DNA of 64,000 nt. It comes from the human T2T-CHM13v2.0 reference genome, Homo sapiens. Shown here piece by piece: positions 59,247 to 64,000 of the stretch. The translations under genes were made by a program, and so were the position numbers. The notes beneath the pieces were generated by a model, which saw only the letters and a program-made list of their open reading frames with translations, was not told where the DNA came from and searched no databases. The stretch lies in assembly GCF_009914755.1 (NCBI RefSeq), contig NC_060927.1; one strand, written 5' to 3'. Positions within the stretch are counted from its first letter, which is position 1; each line of letters starts with the position of its first letter.

Positions 59247-59468
59247 TTAGTTCTCCTAGAGTGTCCTAAGCTACTATTTTCCTGAAACTCTCAGGACCCT
59301 TTTTGTTCTCCCTCATCATTCTTGACTTTTCTTCTCTCAGGGTTGTGGTACTTGCTTTGCAATTAAGCTTTAGACACTCCAGATATGCTGATATGTTGTG
59401 TCGGACCTCAAGGGGGGTGATGGTTTGAGCTCTGGTCAGAGGCTCTCAGTAGCTGTGCATATCTATAG

Positions 59469-59837
<369 letters not shown>

Positions 59838-61272
59838 TAAATATCTCTCGGGTACTATGCTGTGAATATGATGAAAGCAGGAACTATTTCATATTCACAT
59901 CGATGTTCAGAACCTAACACCCACTTCACAGTTGCAGCTTGATACAATTTTTTTCAATAAATACTTTTTTTAAAAAAATGACATATGGTAATATAATTAT
60001 ACTATGCTTTTGGTGCATGAAGTCACCTTTACAGACTTGACAACTAATTCCTTGAATTGCCCTAGTATTATACATCTCTGATTATGCTTTTAAATGTTAC
60101 AAATTACCTGGGTGTGAATGTACTTTTTTTAAAAAAACAATTGTATTGAGGAGATGGTAACATAAACTCTGCAGAAACAAAGGCTGTGAATTTAGGTCAC
60201 TTGGACTCTGAGGCCATCAGATAAAATATATTAGTACTGCACTACCAACAGTTTTCTTTATTTTAAAATGTGACACTGTTATTCACTAATATCTTGGTGC
60301 CATTCCCAGAAAGCATGCTTTATATAACTGACAAGTTTTTGCAAAGACTTTTCTCTATTTGCAGCCTCCATGTTAATGTGTTTGACTGATTTCCTCAACT
60401 CTCTTGATCCTTTCCTGACTCAGTTTAGCTGACAAAAATCTGTCTCTTCTACAGGATTCCTAGAAAATATATATATTTATTTATTCATTTATAAAATGAA
60501 ATTTCACATTCAGCACAACACTGTTGGTTTTGGGGGGGTTTTGTTTGTTTTAGGAGGAAGACCGAGGATAGCAGGCGCAACCATTCCATTCAAGTAGCTG
60601 TGGCATTCCTCATTTAACTGGTTGACCAAGGATAAATATGGGTCTCAGTATCTCAGCTTTGGCTGGATTAGGCTCTGGGTGAGGGGACAAAGTGATTGCT
60701 GAACTTCCCCATAGACAGGAAGTGTTGTACTAGTCAGGACTCTTTTGGTTGCAAATGACAGAAATGAAGCCAAAATAGAATAAGCGAAAGCGGGAATTTT
60801 TGGTTCTCATAAACTGAGGAAAGGGCAGGGCACAAGTGGGCTTCCAGGGATGCCTGGAAGCAGGAAGTCAAATGCCATTAGGATTACCTGTCCCTGCCCC
60901 TTTCTCAGACTGCACAGTGATGGAGAGGCCCGAAGCTCCTTCCAGGCTCACCATTTCAACTTCATCACACATGGGACAGTCCCTGATGTTTTTGTTCCAA
61001 TTTTACAACTCCTGAATGAGGACTTTGAAGATCCATGCTTGGGTTACTTGCCTAGCCCTGAGATCAGTATTTGTCTAGAACCAACTAGTTGGAGTAAGGA
61101 CAGGAGCTGTTCTTCAGGAGAGGAGGGAAGTGCTGGGCAGACAGTAACGGGTGACCTCCACAAAGCTCAGACTCCTGAATTGGACCAGCCAGCCTCCTTG
61201 AACTGCCCTGATTTATAAGTTGTCTTGGATGAGGACTGACCCCAATTCTCAGTTGCTCAAAAATGCCTTCCC

Positions 61273-61428
61273 GGGAGGGATAGCATTAGGAGATATACTT
61301 AATGCTAAATGACGAGTTAATGGGTGCAGCACACCAGCATGGCACATGTATACATATGTAACTAACCTGCACATTGTGCACATGTACCCTAAAACTTAAA
61401 GTATAATAATAATAAAATAAAATAAAAT
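61273..61428 (+). mobile_element. Very short 5'-truncated young L1 (L1PA2/3-like 3' end)
   Basis: gctaaatgacgagttaatgggtgcagcacaccagcatggcac...; TSD aaaaatgccttccc at 61259-61272 and 61429-61442. Confidence 0.92.
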
Positions 61429-62138
61429 AAAAATGCCTTCCCTACTCACAGTCCTCTCAAATGGATTAGTACTGGCATTTGAGGGGTTTTGAGGGATGGG
61501 AAAAGAGATGCCGAGAGAGTTGACTGAGGCATTTGCTTGTTGGTGTTTGAGTTGTTAAACTTTTCTAAAACACCATAGGCATTTTTCAATGGTTTTCATC
61601 AAAATAGAGAATGTGGACACATTATTAGAAAAGCAGAAGGAAGTCTGTACAAAAGTTATTTACTCTATAATCAAAATGCTGCTGCCAGGCTACAGAGCAA
61701 GACTCTGACTTAAGCTTCAAGGCAGAGGTGGGGTAGGGGTGCTGGGGAGGGAAAAGTACCTAAACTTTCCCTTCCCTGGGAAATGTGCTTTTGGTCAAGA
61801 TAAGCAGATCTATCCCAGTCCACCCCTCCTTGCCTGTTGTTTTTAGAGCACTGAGCAAATGCAAAGCCGACACCAAAAGAGCCCCAGAAATTTTTTCCTG
61901 CCCCTGTGGCTCTGATGCTGTGATCGCTGCTCTTGCCTGCCTTTGTGATACTATAGCAAAGGCCAGTGCTGGGTTAGAAATGGGATTTTAGGCTGCTAAC
62001 CCAGTTGTCTTGGTAGGAAAGAGCTGGATGGAAGAAGGGAGGAAATGGAAAGGCCCCCTGCAGGCATGGGAAACTGGGAGAACGAGTGAGAAAGTGCTGA
62101 AGGGTGCAAACTAGGTTGGGTAACATGGGTTTGGGAGG

Positions 62139-63049
62139 TGTCATGAGTTGAGTGATATCACTCCCAAATAGATATGGTAAGGCCGTAACCCCTACTGCCT
62201 GTGTCTGTTAGGCCATTCTTGCACTGCAATAAAGAAATACTTGAGACTGCGTAATTTATAAGAAAAGAGGTTTAACTGGCTCACAGTTCTGCAGGCTGTC
62301 CAGGAAGCACAGCAGCATCTGCTTCTTGGGAGGCCTCAGGAAACTAACAGTCATGGCAGAAGGCAAAGGGGGAGCAGGCTTATCACAGGGTAAGAATGGG
62401 AGCAAGAGCAAGAGAATGGGTGGGCAAGGTGCCACATACTTTTAAGTGACCAGATCTTGTGAGATCTTACTATCTTGAAGATAGCACCAAGCCATGAGGG
62501 ATCCGCCATCATCCAAATACCTCCCATCAGGCCTCACTTCCAGCATTGGGGATTAAAATTCAACATGAGATTTGGGCGGCGACAAATATCTAAATTATAT
62601 CACTGTGAATGTGTCCTTATTTGGAAATAGGGTCTTTGCAGATGTATTCAAATTAAGACGAGGTCATTACGGTGAACACTAATTCAATTAATTCAACATG
62701 ACTGGTATCCTTATTAGAGGGCAACATTTGGACATAGAGACAGACTCTCACAGAGGGAAAGCAGTGCAGACACGGGATAATACAGCCCTGCGAGGGGCCA
62801 CGTGGTGACGGGATGGAGGCAGAGAGATTGGAGTTGGGTTGTCAGAAGCCAGGGAACATCTGAGGCTGCCAGAAGCTGGAAGAGGAAAGGAAAGATCTTC
62901 CTCTGAGGCTTCCAAGGGAGCATGGTCCTGCCAACACCTTGATCTTGGACTTCTAGCCTCCAGAACTGTGAGACAATGAATTTCTCACAGTTGTTTGAAG
63001 CCACTCCATTTGTGACATTTTGTTGTGAGAGCCCTAGGAAACTGATACA
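62139..63049 (+). mobile_element. MLT1C-like LTR split by an MST LTR
   Basis: Resumes at 62603 ctgtgaatgtgtccttatttggaaatagggtc...; ends ggaaactgataca. Confidence 0.75.
62204..62602 (-). mobile_element. MST (A/B-like) solo LTR
   Basis: gcaataaagaaatacttgagactgcgtaatttataag...aaattatatca; TSD CTGTG. Confidence 0.85.
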
Positions 63050-63629
63050 GGGGGTGATGTGGGGTTTAGGGAACCAATACAAAAAAAAAAAAAGAAAAAC
63101 ATTAAAAGACTTCATTGGGAAACCCAGTATGTATAATGTGATAGCATTTATTCATCTATGTAAAATTACAACATAACATATGCATATGTATAAAGAAATT
63201 CAAATTAAAAATAGAAAATGAAGAAGAAAAATATCTTCCCCATGTTTTCAGCCAAGTAGAGATTCATTCATTTGGATTCACAGGCATCTATTTTAAAACA
63301 CAAACATCCCTTGAGATCGTTAACTGGAAGAGTTCATTACATTTCATGTAAAGTTTTGTAATTAGCTAATCAAAATACTTAGCTCTTAATGCTCAGCAGA
63401 AACCAGTATAGAGGGCCTTCAAATTTTTGCTTAGGAGGAATGCAAGGGCTGTAGTATCTCAGTATGATTAACTTAACCAGGAGTTCAATATTTTTTTAGG
63501 ACTAATTCTATTTTAAAAATTTCCCTTGTTATTTGGCTTGTTAAAAATTCTACTATATTTGTTAGGCCGTGTGACCTGATCCTTTGTTAGAAGCACGTAA
63601 AGTTTGGAGAACTCTGTAGAATGAAAACC

Positions 63630-63946
63630 TGGCCAGGCACAGTGGCTCATGCCTGTAATCCCAGCACTTTGGGAGAATTGCTTGAGGCCAGGAGTTCAAG
63701 ACTAACCTGGGCAACATAATGAGACCCCATCTCTACCTACCCCCAATTTTTTTTTAATCAGTCAGGCATGGTGACTCACACCTATAGTCCTAGCTACTTG
63801 GGAGGCTGAGGCTAGAGGATCACTTGGTCCTACACATTTGAAGCTGCAGTGAGCTATGATCATGCCACTGCATTCTACCTGGGATGACAGAGTGAGAGTC
63901 TATCTCTGGAAAAAAAAAAAAAAAAAGAAAGAAAGAAAGAAAAATA
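63630..63946 (+). mobile_element. AluJ
   Basis: Diverged Alu with an A-rich tail. Confidence 0.85.
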
Positions 63947-64000
63947 AAACCTAAATAGTGTTCCTCAGTAAGAGTGCTTTAGACAACAAAGGGACAGGCG

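Overview
Primate (hominoid, most likely human) repeat-dense non-coding DNA. I see no intact protein-coding gene; most listed ORFs are Alu, L1, LTR or simple-repeat translations. The main structure is a nested pair of HERV-H proviruses at 39144-50187. A ~5.4 kb plus-strand provirus (tRNA-His PBS, perfect GAAGG TSD) is inserted into the RNase H region of an older minus-strand HERV-H whose PBS matches tRNA-Phe. This gives four LTR7s, convergent promoters and kilobase-scale inverted homology. The most unusual small feature is a 146-bp MITE-like hairpin at 17620-17765. It is built only from the U3 terminus of a HERV-K(HML-2) LTR5-type LTR, has TG..CA ends and a TSD, and sits inside an RPL41 processed pseudogene that is itself inside an old L1. 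Other oddities are a single orphan alpha-satellite monomer at a duplicated junction in an old L1 (56875-57046) and several ~100-bp locally templated insertions. Repeat subfamily names come from recalled consensus sequences and identities from hand alignment, so both need RepeatMasker/BLAST confirmation.
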